Shown: positions 29,689-39,189 of the stretch, piece by piece
How the letters are laid out: every line of letters starts with the position of its first letter
Numbering within the stretch: position 1 is the stretch's first letter
Assembly (NCBI GenBank): GCA_963847445.1
Contig: CAWJZV010000034.1
Location: 1-64,000, forward strand
Source: an uncultured delta proteobacterium
Lineage (GTDB): Bacteria > Desulfobacterota > Binatia > UBA9968
DNA length: 64,000 nt
Direction of reading: 5' to 3'
The notes under the pieces: model-generated
Database searches by the model: none
What the model saw: only the letters and a program-made list of their open reading frames with translations
Told to the model about the DNA's origin: nothing
Program-made: the position numbers and the translations under genes

Positions 29689-30714
29689 ATGAACAAGTGT
29701 TTGCGCGCGCTGGCGCTGGCCGGCGTCGTTATCATTGCGAGTCAGTCAGCCGTCGGAGCGCAGGAGTACAAGGACAAGACGTTGACGATCATCGTCGGCT
29801 ACTCGCCGGGCGGTTCGTTCGATCTTTATGCGCGGGTGCTGGCGCGTTACATCGGCCGCTACTTGCCGGGCAATCCGACGCGCATCGTCGAGAACATGAC
29901 CGGCGCCGGCGGCATGATCGCGGCCAATCATCTGTACAATCGCGTCAAGCCCGACGGTTTGACCATCGGCGCCTGGGCGTCGCCGCTGGTGTTGCAGCAT
30001 ATCATGGGCAATGACGCGGCGCAGTTCGACGGCAGACGCTTCGGCTATCTCGGCATTCCATCCGAGTACGATACCGTGTGCACCTTCAACCAGAAGAGCG
30101 GCATTACCAAGATGGACGATTGGGTCAACGCCAAACGGCCGCAAAAAATTTCCACCATCGGTCCCGGGACCAGTACCTCCGACATTCCCAAATTGCTTAA
30201 AGTCGCGCTCAACCTGCCGATGGACGTGATCGACGGTTACAAGGGCGGCGCGGACGCGCGCCTCGCCGTGGAGTCGGGTGAAGTCGACGGTTACTGCGGC
30301 TCCTGGGGAACGGTGGAGACGGTATGGCGCAGCGCCTACGACAGCAAGAAAATCATTCCGGTGCTACAGGCGACGCTGAAACCCAATCCCAAGTACAAAC
30401 AAATTCCGGTGGCGATGAGTTTCGCCAAGACCGAAGAGTCGCGCGAGCTGCTGAAGATCGCCGACGATGTCCATGGCGCGCAGTTTCCCTTCTCGGTGCC
30501 GCCCGGAATGGCCAAGGACCGGCTGGAGCTATTGCAACGGGCGTTTATCCAAAGCTTCAAAGATCCAGATCTTGTCGCCGAAGCAAAACGATCCCAGCTC
30601 GATATCGGTCCGGTGGATGGACCGACGATCGCGAAGACCTTATCCGGCCTCTACGATCTCAAACCGGCGACGGTGGCGCGGTTAAAGGATATTCTCTTGC
30701 CGAAGAAGAAATAG
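29689..30714 (+). CDS. Tripartite tricarboxylate transporter substrate-binding protein (Bug/TctC family)
   Basis: YKDKTLTIIVGYSPGGSFDLYAR, VENMTGAGG, KPDGLT and GYKG.....LA.ESGEVD. Confidence 0.93.
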   Translation: MNKCLRALALAGVVIIASQSAVGAQEYKDKTLTIIVGYSPGGSFDLYARVLARYIGRYLPGNPTRIVENMTGAGGMIAANHLYNRVKPDGLTIGAWASPLVLQHIMGNDAAQFDGRRFGYLGIPSEYDTVCTFNQKSGITKMDDWVNAKRPQKISTIGPGTSTSDIPKLLKVALNLPMDVIDGYKGGADARLAVESGEVDGYCGSWGTVETVWRSAYDSKKIIPVLQATLKPNPKYKQIPVAMSFAKTEESRELLKIADDVHGAQFPFSVPPGMAKDRLELLQRAFIQSFKDPDLVAEAKRSQLDIGPVDGPTIAKTLSGLYDLKPATVARLKDILLPKKK

Positions 30715-31029
30715 GAATGGTTTTAGTGGTTCGTGATCGTTTCAAATACGGGATCGTATTTGGACGGGCGCAGCGTGCTGCGCCTCTACGGCCGGGAAAG
30801 ATTTCGATCAGGTGGCGATTCTTGAATATTAACGGCCTAATCAAGTTTGCGGTGATACAGTAACTGCAGCGGATGCCCCGATGACACTAAAGTATGCTCT
30901 GTGCCTGCTAGAGTTCTTCTGACTGTTTCGCGGTTGATCGGTGAGGGCGAAGATCATGATCATTACATGATTGCCGGCCAAGCAATCGTCGGCGACGCCC
31001 GACGTTGGTGTCTTGTTGCCGTGCGCATG

Positions 31030-33078
31030 TTAGTTCTGGGCAACCATGACCGCTGTGTCTTGACGAATGAAGCCGGGCGGGCGTCCGTATCTGGAGCGAA
31101 TCTCTAACCAACCGCGGCTAGAGTTTACAACATTGACTTTCATCCCGGCCTGGATCGAGGCGACCAGCGCTGCGTTCTCACTTGGTCCGTCGTAAACTTG
31201 GGTTGCAAGGACGGTTTCAAATGTCCCGCGTCTTGGCGTTGGACGAACGGTTTGAACGACGCCACGTTGTTGCGGCGCTGATTTGCTCTCGGGCTTTGCG
31301 ACAGCTTGCGCCCGATATTCCGGCGCGGTGCTTTTTGGCGAAGAGGTGTCTCGCAGTTGCGGCTCAGGTTCGCTTTGGGGTTTCGAGGCGGCTTCAGCTG
31401 GATATTCCTGAGAGCTGCGTGTGATCGCCACCGTCGCCTCTTTTGGCGGTGAAATTCGGTTTCCCAACATTCCCAGGGCGACTGCGCTAGCGACCGCAAC
31501 CACTGAGGCGGCGAGGGCTCCGAAGTGCCATTGTTGCTTGCCTGACTTCGAGGCCCGCCAATTCGCATCTTCTTCTGTTTCCATGGAGCCTCCCAAAGGC
31601 GAATCTCCTGAACTGAGTTGCGGGTGTTGGCGCCCGGTTCTCTGATAGAGCTTATTCGGCGATTTTGCTTCCCAGCCGGAAATTACGGCTGGCTTAGATT
31701 CGTCGCTATTGGCGGGCAACAAACTGTGCCAATCCACGGACAATTCGGCGCCGCCATTTGCTCTGGTTTGAACAACCTTTATGTCATTGGAGTCAGATGC
31801 CATGCGAGTTGCCAGGCTAACAGCGAAGCTTTCCTGCCATCGCGAAACTTCTTGCCCTAGCCGGCGATTCTCATCGGCCAGTTCCTGACAGATTTTCTGG
31901 GTGTCGAGCAAGCGCCGACGCGTATCATCGAGCACTTGAGCTTGGTTTTTTGCGTCGGTGATTTCGCGCTCCTTGTCTGCGAGTCGCGCCTCCAACTGCG
32001 GTAGTTGCTTGCTACGATACTTTTCGCGATCTTCGAGATCGGCTAGTTGTTGGCGCGCGGTTGCTAATTCTTGTTCCCTTGACTGGTTCTCGTTGAGCCG
32101 CCGGTGAAGGTCGTTAACTTCCGTTGCAAGACGCTCGTAACGATCGGCGCCCTCGAGATTCTGGCGGGCCAATTCCCGCAACTGCGTGTCTCGCGCATTG
32201 AGTTGGAGTCGTTGGCTAGTCGCTTCATCGCGCAATCCCTGGTTTTCAACGCGGAGTTCTTGAATCTCAATTTGTCTTCTCGCCGCGTCTTGTGCGGCGC
32301 TCTGGAGTATTTCTACCCTGTGATCTCGTTCCGCGAGATTTCGAGTCAACGCCGCAACGGTGCTATGCAACCTCTCATTGACAGCATCGGCTTCGTGAGA
32401 TCTGGCCGTCGCTTGTTTGAAATCGCCCTGGCTTGTTTCGAGCTGGTTTCCCAGATTGTCGATGATTTCGCGCAGCTGGCGGATCTCCATTTGCGCACTC
32501 ATCAAACTACCCTCCTGCTGCTCGTATTCGGCTAACGTTCTTGGGCTTTCCACCGGCCGGTCGGAATGGTCGGCGCCCTGGTGCGCGAGTTCGTCGATGT
32601 GAGCGGGCAGCTCTCCCGGCGACTGCTGTTCAGCGAGAACGTTCTTGATGGGCGCTCTATCGGAACGGGTCGTGTGCGCGCGTAAATATTCGCTGCACGC
32701 TTTGATTAATCGTTGTGATTTTGCCAGTTCGGTGAGTAAAAAACCGATGTAGACATACACGGGCACGAGCTTATGCTTGGCTGCCAGGAAGATCCCGGTC
32801 ATTTCGCTTAGCAATAAGCCGGCGAGCATGAAGCACATGGCGAGCCTGGTTTCCGACGCAAGCTCTCTAAGGGCGTCCCATCTGGCACGCCAGCAGATGA
32901 CGAGCACGATTGCGTAACATGGGGCAAGTAAAAGAACCATGAGAACCTTTAGTTCCTGACTCGCTGAATCGGAGGCAGTCATGAGCAGGATTGGGCCGAG
33001 GGTGCACCATATTCCTAAGGCTCCCAGAAGAAATCGAGAAAATGCCAACTTTAGCGCATCGAAAAGTTTGGTTTTCAT
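31030..33078 (-). CDS. Hypothetical membrane-anchored coiled-coil protein with a C-terminal SH3-like domain
   Basis: N-terminal hydrophobic segments, long heptad-rich middle, TM-like ALAASVVAVASAVALGML, and tail VYDGPS....VASI..G.KVNVV...GWLEI......GFI. Confidence 0.7.
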   Translation of the reverse strand: MKTKLFDALKLAFSRFLLGALGIWCTLGPILLMTASDSASQELKVLMVLLLAPCYAIVLVICWRARWDALRELASETRLAMCFMLAGLLLSEMTGIFLAAKHKLVPVYVYIGFLLTELAKSQRLIKACSEYLRAHTTRSDRAPIKNVLAEQQSPGELPAHIDELAHQGADHSDRPVESPRTLAEYEQQEGSLMSAQMEIRQLREIIDNLGNQLETSQGDFKQATARSHEADAVNERLHSTVAALTRNLAERDHRVEILQSAAQDAARRQIEIQELRVENQGLRDEATSQRLQLNARDTQLRELARQNLEGADRYERLATEVNDLHRRLNENQSREQELATARQQLADLEDREKYRSKQLPQLEARLADKEREITDAKNQAQVLDDTRRRLLDTQKICQELADENRRLGQEVSRWQESFAVSLATRMASDSNDIKVVQTRANGGAELSVDWHSLLPANSDESKPAVISGWEAKSPNKLYQRTGRQHPQLSSGDSPLGGSMETEEDANWRASKSGKQQWHFGALAASVVAVASAVALGMLGNRISPPKEATVAITRSSQEYPAEAASKPQSEPEPQLRDTSSPKSTAPEYRAQAVAKPESKSAPQQRGVVQTVRPTPRRGTFETVLATQVYDGPSENAALVASIQAGMKVNVVNSSRGWLEIRSRYGRPPGFIRQDTAVMVAQN

Positions 33079-33546
33079 CGGCTTGCCCTCTCACTCACCG
33101 CGGACGGTTAATCGTAAATGATCGATGTACGACGCGAGGTTGATACCGTAGCGATTCCGTTGGTGCGCTCGTCGATCAATGGCCAACACTAGTTCTATCA
33201 GGATCCGCCGGCCAAAAAAACCCTGTCGATGTTTGTCTCGCAGTGTAAAACGCTACGCTCGGATCACTGCTACATCGCGGTTGGTTCACCTTGATGTTTA
33301 GCATTTGAGCCGAAGAGAAGTTGCGTCAGGTCCGCACAAACGGACTGCCACGCTCTGACGCTCTGGGTTGCATCCCTCGCCGTATTCACGGCCGCCGCCG
33401 CCACTGAGATTGGCCAACACCGCTATCGCTGCGCGCGCTAGCGGCACTGCATTCAAGTCGAGGTTTGTCCAAAATTGTTATCTCACAAATCAACCTTCGC
33501 TAATAAGATCGTTAGTTTTCGATAGGTTAATCCCGGGCTCTGGCGT

Positions 33547-33562
33547 CGGCATAGGATATGCT
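33547..33562 (+). promoter_or_regulatory. Sigma-54 promoter candidate
   Basis: CGGCATAGGATATGCT (GG-N10-GC), 80 nt upstream of 33641. Confidence 0.4.
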
Positions 33563-33640
33563 CTCTCCGGCTAATCTGGCCAAACGCAAGCAAACTAACC
33601 AGACGAGTTGTGACAAAAGCATGGCCACACCGGAGGCAAT

Positions 33641-34283
33641 ATGAGCAAAATCTATGATGCCCTTAACGAGGTGGGAGCGAACCCTTTCGAGCCGAGTAAC
33701 GCCCCTCTACCCGATGGGATAATTCGCAGTACCGCTACCGGCCTGCGCAAGGAGTTAGTGGAGTTTGAAAAACTACTTGGCGAGCGCGTCGGTAGATTAA
33801 GGTTAGCCGCCGACAGAGGCTGACACGGCAGCGGCCACTGACAGCCAGCAGGCCGTCCGAACCATCGAGAAACTCAACGGTGAAATCAGCGCGCTTGACA
33901 CCAAGTTAAAAGAGACAACGGATCTCCTTGAGAGAAAGGAGTTGGCCAGTCAAGCACTCGAACGGGAATTGACCGCGACAGTCAGTGAACTGAAGACCGA
34001 GGTAAAAACCAAGGACGAAACTTTGGCAAGCCGGGTTTCCGAAGTAAACGCGCTTACCGCCGAAGTGAATCGCTTGCGCGACGGCATACGGGGAATGGTG
34101 TCGGTCTTTAATCAGCAAGCCCAAGCGTTAGGCGGACACCTCGCGGCGAATAGTCGCATGGCTGCGTTCGCGCCGCCGGCAACGAACTCAGCAAAGTCCG
34201 AGCTTGCGCATCCCTCCGCCCTGGCCGCAGTATCGGAAGCAAACTCAAACGAGGGCGTCGACACATCCATACTCGAACGATAG
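33641..34283 (+). CDS. Hypothetical coiled-coil protein (indel near 33815)
   Basis: GGAGG RBS and MSKIYDAL start; the shifted frame EADTAAATDSQQAVRTIEKLNGEISALDTKLKE joins the 33942-34283 ORF. Confidence 0.6.
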
Positions 34284-34327
34284 CTCTGAAATTTCCCGCG
34301 CGCACCGCCGCACCCACCGCAGTAGCG

Positions 34328-35420
34328 TTACGGCTTAATCAACGCCTTCACCGGATACAGCCCTTCGATCTCGCCGCCGACGGCGCGGATGCATTTTTCG
34401 GTTTCATCGAGCGGAAAAGTGTGAGTGACCATTTGCTGGACGGGAAACTTGCTCGCTTGGATGGCGTTCATGGCGATCTCGGTGGCGTCGTTGTCGGTGG
34501 TGAAGGCGCCTTGAAAACGGATTTGCCGGCGGACGATTAGATTCACGTTCAACGGCACGTCGATGCCGTCTCGCGTCAGGCCGCCGACGACGAGCGTGCC
34601 TAGGGTGCGGACGCATTCGACCGAAGTGCGGATCGCTTGGACGTTGCCGGAAACATCGACCGCGACGTCGACCAGTTCGCCGTCGGTTTCTGCGCGGATC
34701 GACTTCAAGGACATTTTCTTTTTCGACGTCGATCGTGCGCGTGGCGCCAAATTTTTTGGCGACTTCCAAGCGTTCGGCGTCACGGCTTAATCCGGTGATG
34801 ATAATCTTTGCCGCGCCAGCCATCTTCGCCGCGAAGGTGCAGGCGAGGCCTTGCTGGCCCGGCCCCTGAATCAGCACGCTGTCGCCCATCTTGACGCCGC
34901 CTTGGCGCACCGCCCATTGATAGCCGTTGGCCATGACGGCGCCGATGAGCACCGCCGCTTCGGCGGGGAGGTCGTTACTGACTTTGGTGACGAGAATGTC
35001 GGGCACAAGATAAAGATAGTCGGCGAAGCCGCCGAATAGATGGGGCGGGTTGGCGCAGGTGGTCTGGCCGCCGTAGCCGATACGCGCTTTGCAAAAGCGC
35101 GCCGCGCCGCGCCGGCAGTGGGCGCAGCGGCCGCAGCCCTTGGCGCCTTTCATGATGATGCGGTCGCCTTCTTTGATGCCGTGGATCGCTGCCGCTTCCT
35201 TGCCGAGTTTTTCGACACGGCCCAAAATCTCATGGCCGAGGATAAGCGGGTAGGGCAAGCCGTTCTTGCCGCCGTGGAGATATTTGAAATCGGAACCGCA
35301 GACGCCGCCCATTTCGACTTTGACCAGGCCGCCGTCGGCGCCAATGTCAGGGATGGGATATTCCCTGATTTCCAGTTTGTCCGGTCCAAGTAATGTCGCG
35401 CCTCGGCTGGTTGCCGCCAT
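34328..35420 (-). CDS. Zn-dependent alcohol dehydrogenase (MDR family; indel near 34710)
   Basis: GVCGSD, ILGHE, CGRCAHCRRG..RFC and QGPGQQGL. Confidence 0.92.
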
Positions 35421-35519
35421 GGGTCACCTCCAAGCTTTTGGGTAATTGTTACGGCAACGCAGGTATTCGCGTCAAGTGGGCAGATGAAAGTGACTGCCTA
35501 CGACGGGAAAAGTAACGTT

Positions 35520-35595
35520 TCACCACGAAGAGCGCAGAGCACGCCGAGAAGGAAAGTTTTTGAATCTCTGCGAACTCAGCGTCTCTGCGGTGAAA
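35520..35595. repeat. MITE/REP-like palindrome (CACCACGAAG...CTCTGCGGTG)
   Basis: Same family as 2928-3013. Confidence 0.7.
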
Positions 35596-35734
35596 TCTCT
35601 TAATTACTTCGGTTACGGGTCGTCGCGCAACGTGCGACTTGCTTGACAGGGACGGAAGTTTGCTTGTAGATCAATTACACATTCCAAGCTGCGCGACCGG
35701 TTCGATGGCCCAATGGCCAAGGAGGAGAAAATTT

Positions 35735-36691
35735 ATGGCAGAGATCGTTATCGGTATCGGCACATCGCATAGTCCGCAGTTGAGCATCCGGGCCAAGGAC
35801 TGGGATCATCTGCTTAAAAAGGATCAGACCGATCCGCGGCTCGACTACCAAGGTTTGCTGGCCAAGGCGAAGCCCGGATTGGCGGCGCAGCTCACGCCGG
35901 AGAAATTTCACGAGCGCGATGAAGCTTGTCTGAAGGCGATTAAAAACCTAGGCGACGCATTGCAAAAGGCCAACGCCGATGTGGTGGTGGTTTTCGGCGA
36001 CGATCAGCAGGAACAGTTTCACGACGACAACATGCCGATGTTCGCCATCTACCACGGCAAGGGTTTGCCGGTGGTGAAGCATAACAACCTGCGGCCGGCG
36101 GCATGGAAAAATGCCGAAGAGCAGGGCTGGGCGGAAACCGCGCCGGAATACGAGACCGCATCCGACTTGGCGGATCATTTGATTCGCGCCCTCACCGACG
36201 CGGAGTTCGACATCACGCGCTGCAACAAACTGCGCGCCGAGATCGGTGTCGGCCATGCGTTCAGTTTTCTCTATCGGCGCATTTTACCTGGAACCAAGTT
36301 GCCGATGGTGCCGGTGATGGTGAACACTTACTATCCGCCGAACCAGCCGACACCGAAGCGCTGTTACGCCTTCGGCCAGGCGGTGCGCAAAGCCATCGAG
36401 TCTTGGGATAGCACCAAGCGCGTGGCGCTGTTGGCGTCGGGCGGGCTGAGCCATGTGGTGATCGACGAGGAAATCGACGCCATGGTGATCGATGGACTGA
36501 AAAATAAGAAGCCGGAAGTGCTGTTTCAGTTGCCGCGGAAAAAATTGACCGGCGGCACGTCGGAGATTCTCAACTGGGTGGCGCTCGCCGGCGCGATGGA
36601 GCATCGCGATCTGAAATATCTCGAATATGTCACGACCTATCGCTCGCCGGCGGCGACCGGCTGCGGCATGGGCTTCGCCTACTGGCAGTAA
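35735..36691 (+). CDS. LigB-family extradiol ring-cleavage dioxygenase
   Basis: GIGTSHSP, GDDQ.E.F, GHAF, VNTYYPPNQP, ASGGLSH and GTSEILNW. Confidence 0.92.
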   Translation: MAEIVIGIGTSHSPQLSIRAKDWDHLLKKDQTDPRLDYQGLLAKAKPGLAAQLTPEKFHERDEACLKAIKNLGDALQKANADVVVVFGDDQQEQFHDDNMPMFAIYHGKGLPVVKHNNLRPAAWKNAEEQGWAETAPEYETASDLADHLIRALTDAEFDITRCNKLRAEIGVGHAFSFLYRRILPGTKLPMVPVMVNTYYPPNQPTPKRCYAFGQAVRKAIESWDSTKRVALLASGGLSHVVIDEEIDAMVIDGLKNKKPEVLFQLPRKKLTGGTSEILNWVALAGAMEHRDLKYLEYVTTYRSPAATGCGMGFAYWQ

Positions 36692-36697
36692 AAGATT

Positions 36698-36730
36698 GGT
36701 TCAAGGTTCCAGGTTCAAAAGTTCAAAGTT
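36698..36730. repeat. GTTCAA-core tandem repeat
   Basis: ggttcaa ggttcca ggttcaaaa gttcaaa gtt. Confidence 0.7.
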
Positions 36731-36788
36731 AAATCGGATTCAAGACGCTAAAACGCGTCATTGGCAGAAATTGGCTAGTGGAGTTGTA

Positions 36789-37457
36789 ATGGCACGTGAG
36801 CCGATAATCGACAGACTGATCAAACTCGACACCTGCGCGGTGTCGGATGCGTTGGACAGTTTGAGTCTCAAGGGGGCGACCTGGGGCGTGCGGCCGCAGT
36901 GGCCTTGCCCGAAGATCGCCGGCCGGGCGGTGACGATGAAGATCAAGCCGGCAGGCTTGCAGCAGCCGACGCAGCATTTGGGCACGGCGCCGATTGAAGC
37001 GGCGCAGCCGGGCGATGTTATCGTCATCGATAACGGCGGCAAGCTGGAGTTCTCCTGTTGGGGTGGTCTGCTGGCGCTGTCGGCCAAGCTCAAGGGCCTA
37101 AGCGGCGTGGTCATCGACGGCGCGTCGCGCGACATCGACGAGGCGCGCGATTTGGAGTTTCCAGTGTACGCCCGCGGCGTGGTGCCGATGACGGCGCGCA
37201 ATCGCGTGGTCCAGGAATCTTACAATCAAGAAATTCAGTTCGCCGGCGTGCAATGCCGTCCCGGCGATCTGGTTCTCGCCGACGGCAGCGGCATCATCAT
37301 TATTCCCAGGGAAAAAGAGCAAGAAGTGGTCGCTGCCGCCGAGGGGATTTACGCCAAGGAACAGGAAATGGCCGCCGGTATCCGCAAGGGTTATTCGGGC
37401 CGCGAAATGTTGGAGAGGCTCGGATACGAGCAGATGCTCAACAAGAAGCAGGAGTAG
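36789..37457 (+). CDS. RraA/HMG-CHA aldolase (LigK-like) family protein
   Basis: VSDALD, GRAVT, PGDVIVIDNGG, WGGLL, VIDGASRD and PGD.VLAD.SG. Confidence 0.92.
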   Translation: MAREPIIDRLIKLDTCAVSDALDSLSLKGATWGVRPQWPCPKIAGRAVTMKIKPAGLQQPTQHLGTAPIEAAQPGDVIVIDNGGKLEFSCWGGLLALSAKLKGLSGVVIDGASRDIDEARDLEFPVYARGVVPMTARNRVVQESYNQEIQFAGVQCRPGDLVLADGSGIIIIPREKEQEVVAAAEGIYAKEQEMAAGIRKGYSGREMLERLGYEQMLNKKQE

Positions 37458-37464
37458 AAGTTAA

Positions 37465-37576
37465 ATGGACGCAGTCGTCGAAGCTTTCAAAACACTTTCG
37501 CTGGCAGATGTTTCCGCTGCGCTTGGACGAAGCGCGCAAGATTCACCAGTATCATGAGTTGCAGCGCAAGGCTTAG
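37465..37576 (+). pseudogene. Internally deleted remnant of a second RraA-like gene
   Basis: MDAVVEAFKTLSLADVSAAL is fused through one indel to DEARKIHQYHELQRKA; these resemble the two termini of RraA-like aldolases. Confidence 0.5.
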
Positions 37577-37651
37577 CTTAGAATCTTGTCGAGGAGCGAA
37601 AATCGAGGAGAGCGGATCGGCGAACCTGTTTTGCCCTGGTGAGAGCCTAGT

Positions 37652-38831
37652 ATGCTGACGCATGAAGAAAATTTATTGTTGACGCAAGTTGGCCGGGGCA
37701 CGCCGTGCGGAGAATTGTTGCGGCGTTATTGGCATCCGGTAGCCGCGGCCGCCGAATTGACCGATGAAAAGCCGATTCGCGCCGTCAAGATTCTCGGCGA
37801 AGAGTTGGTGGTCTACCGCGACAGGTCGGGCAACTACGGATTGGTCGGCGAGCATTGTCCGCATCGTTTGGCATCTCTCGCCTACGGCCGAGTCGATGAA
37901 CAAGGCATTCGCTGCCCCTATCATGGCTGGAAGTTCGACGGCGCGGGGAAATGTCTGGAGCAGCCGGCGGAACCGGCCGACAGTACCTTCAAAGACCGCA
38001 TCAAACAGGTCGCCTATCCGGTGCAATACTTGGGCGGGCTGATTTACGCTTACCTTGGTCCCGCGCCGGCGCCGCTTTTGCCGCGCTGGGATGTTTTGGT
38101 CTGGGAACATGGCAGGCGGTGGATCGTCAAAGAATCGGTCATCGAATGCAACTGGCTGCAACCGATGGAAAACTCCGTCGATCCTTCGCACCTGTTCTGG
38201 CTTCATGGCGACACGGCGCACTTGGCGCCGCGGGTGAAAAAATATTCCGAGCGGCATGAATTCATCCGTTTCGAATATGGCATCAAAAAACGCCGCACGA
38301 CGTTATCTCTCGCCACCGGCAGCGAGCCGGAGGTCGACGAGCATCCGTTGTTGTTTCCGTCGGTGCTGCGCCATGTCGCGCCGTTCAACGAAGGCAAGTC
38401 GGTACGGCATAATCTACAGATTCGCGTGCCGGTGGACGATCTTCATACGCAGGTGTTTCGCGCCAACTTCGTGCCATCCGAGACTGAGCGCTCGCCGCGC
38501 CGACGCGCCGGTGCCGTATCGGTTCACGCCGCTTAAAACCGCGCCGCGCGAATACCGCATGGACATGGTGTCGGCGCAGGATTCCATGGCGTGGGAAACT
38601 CAAGGTGGGCTTACCGATCGTGCCACCGAGCATCTCGGCATCGGTGATGAGGGGGTCATCGAGTTGCGCAAGCTTCTCAGAGAGCAGATCGAACGAGTGC
38701 AGCAGGGTTTCGACCCACTCGGCGTGATCCGCGACCCGGCGAAGAACCAGCTGATTGATCTTGGCGTGATCAATGAACGCATCGGTCTGTTCGCTCAAGC
38801 AGCCGCGCCGCCAGCGCGCGCGGTATCCTAA
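37652..38831 (+). CDS. Rieske oxygenase alpha subunit (indel near 38500)
   Basis: MLT.EEN..LT.VG.GTP.GELLRRYW, CPHR/CPYHGW, ENSVDPSH..WLH and QDSMAWETQG. Confidence 0.92.
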
Positions 38832-38962
38832 CGTCGATCCTTCACTCGCTTCCGGTCATTCCTGGCGTGGCTGGTGCGTTGGCAATTAGCGCACGGCACC
38901 GCTTGATCGGCAGCTCGCCTCTGCCACCCGATCGTTAATACATTAAAATTCCATACCTAAGA

Positions 38963-38975
38963 TAACTTATTGATT
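38963..38975 (-). promoter_or_regulatory. IHF consensus site
   Basis: AATCAATAAGTTA on the minus strand matches WATCAANNNNTTR, in an AT-rich patch. Confidence 0.45.
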
Positions 38976-39037
38976 TTGCAAGCTTTTTTATCAAAAAGTC
39001 TTGCGCTAGTAGGACGGTTCCTTGGCTAATATTCTAG

Positions 39038-39160
39038 CGTCCGAGCTCGATCCCGAACGAAAAAGGCAAATACTTCAACACCAGTCTGCTGCAGTACCAA
39101 AAAATGGACGCGGCATTGAAGATCGTCGACGATGCACTGAACAAAGCGGGTAAAAAGTAA
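39038..39160 (+). pseudogene. Orphan 3' end of a gene (probably a solute-binding protein)
   Basis: Start-less frame RPSSIPNEKGKYFNTSLLQYQKMDAALKIVDDALNKAGKK* with host-like codon usage, beginning abruptly after an AT-rich patch. Confidence 0.45.
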
Positions 39161-39189
39161 CTCGAATCGTTAATCGTAGGAGTAAGGTC

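Noticed and set aside
33821-33823. TGA as a second selenocysteine codon
   Set aside because: The coding signal continues in a different frame, there is no Cys-type motif, and no SECIS-like hairpin is evident; a frameshift explains it.
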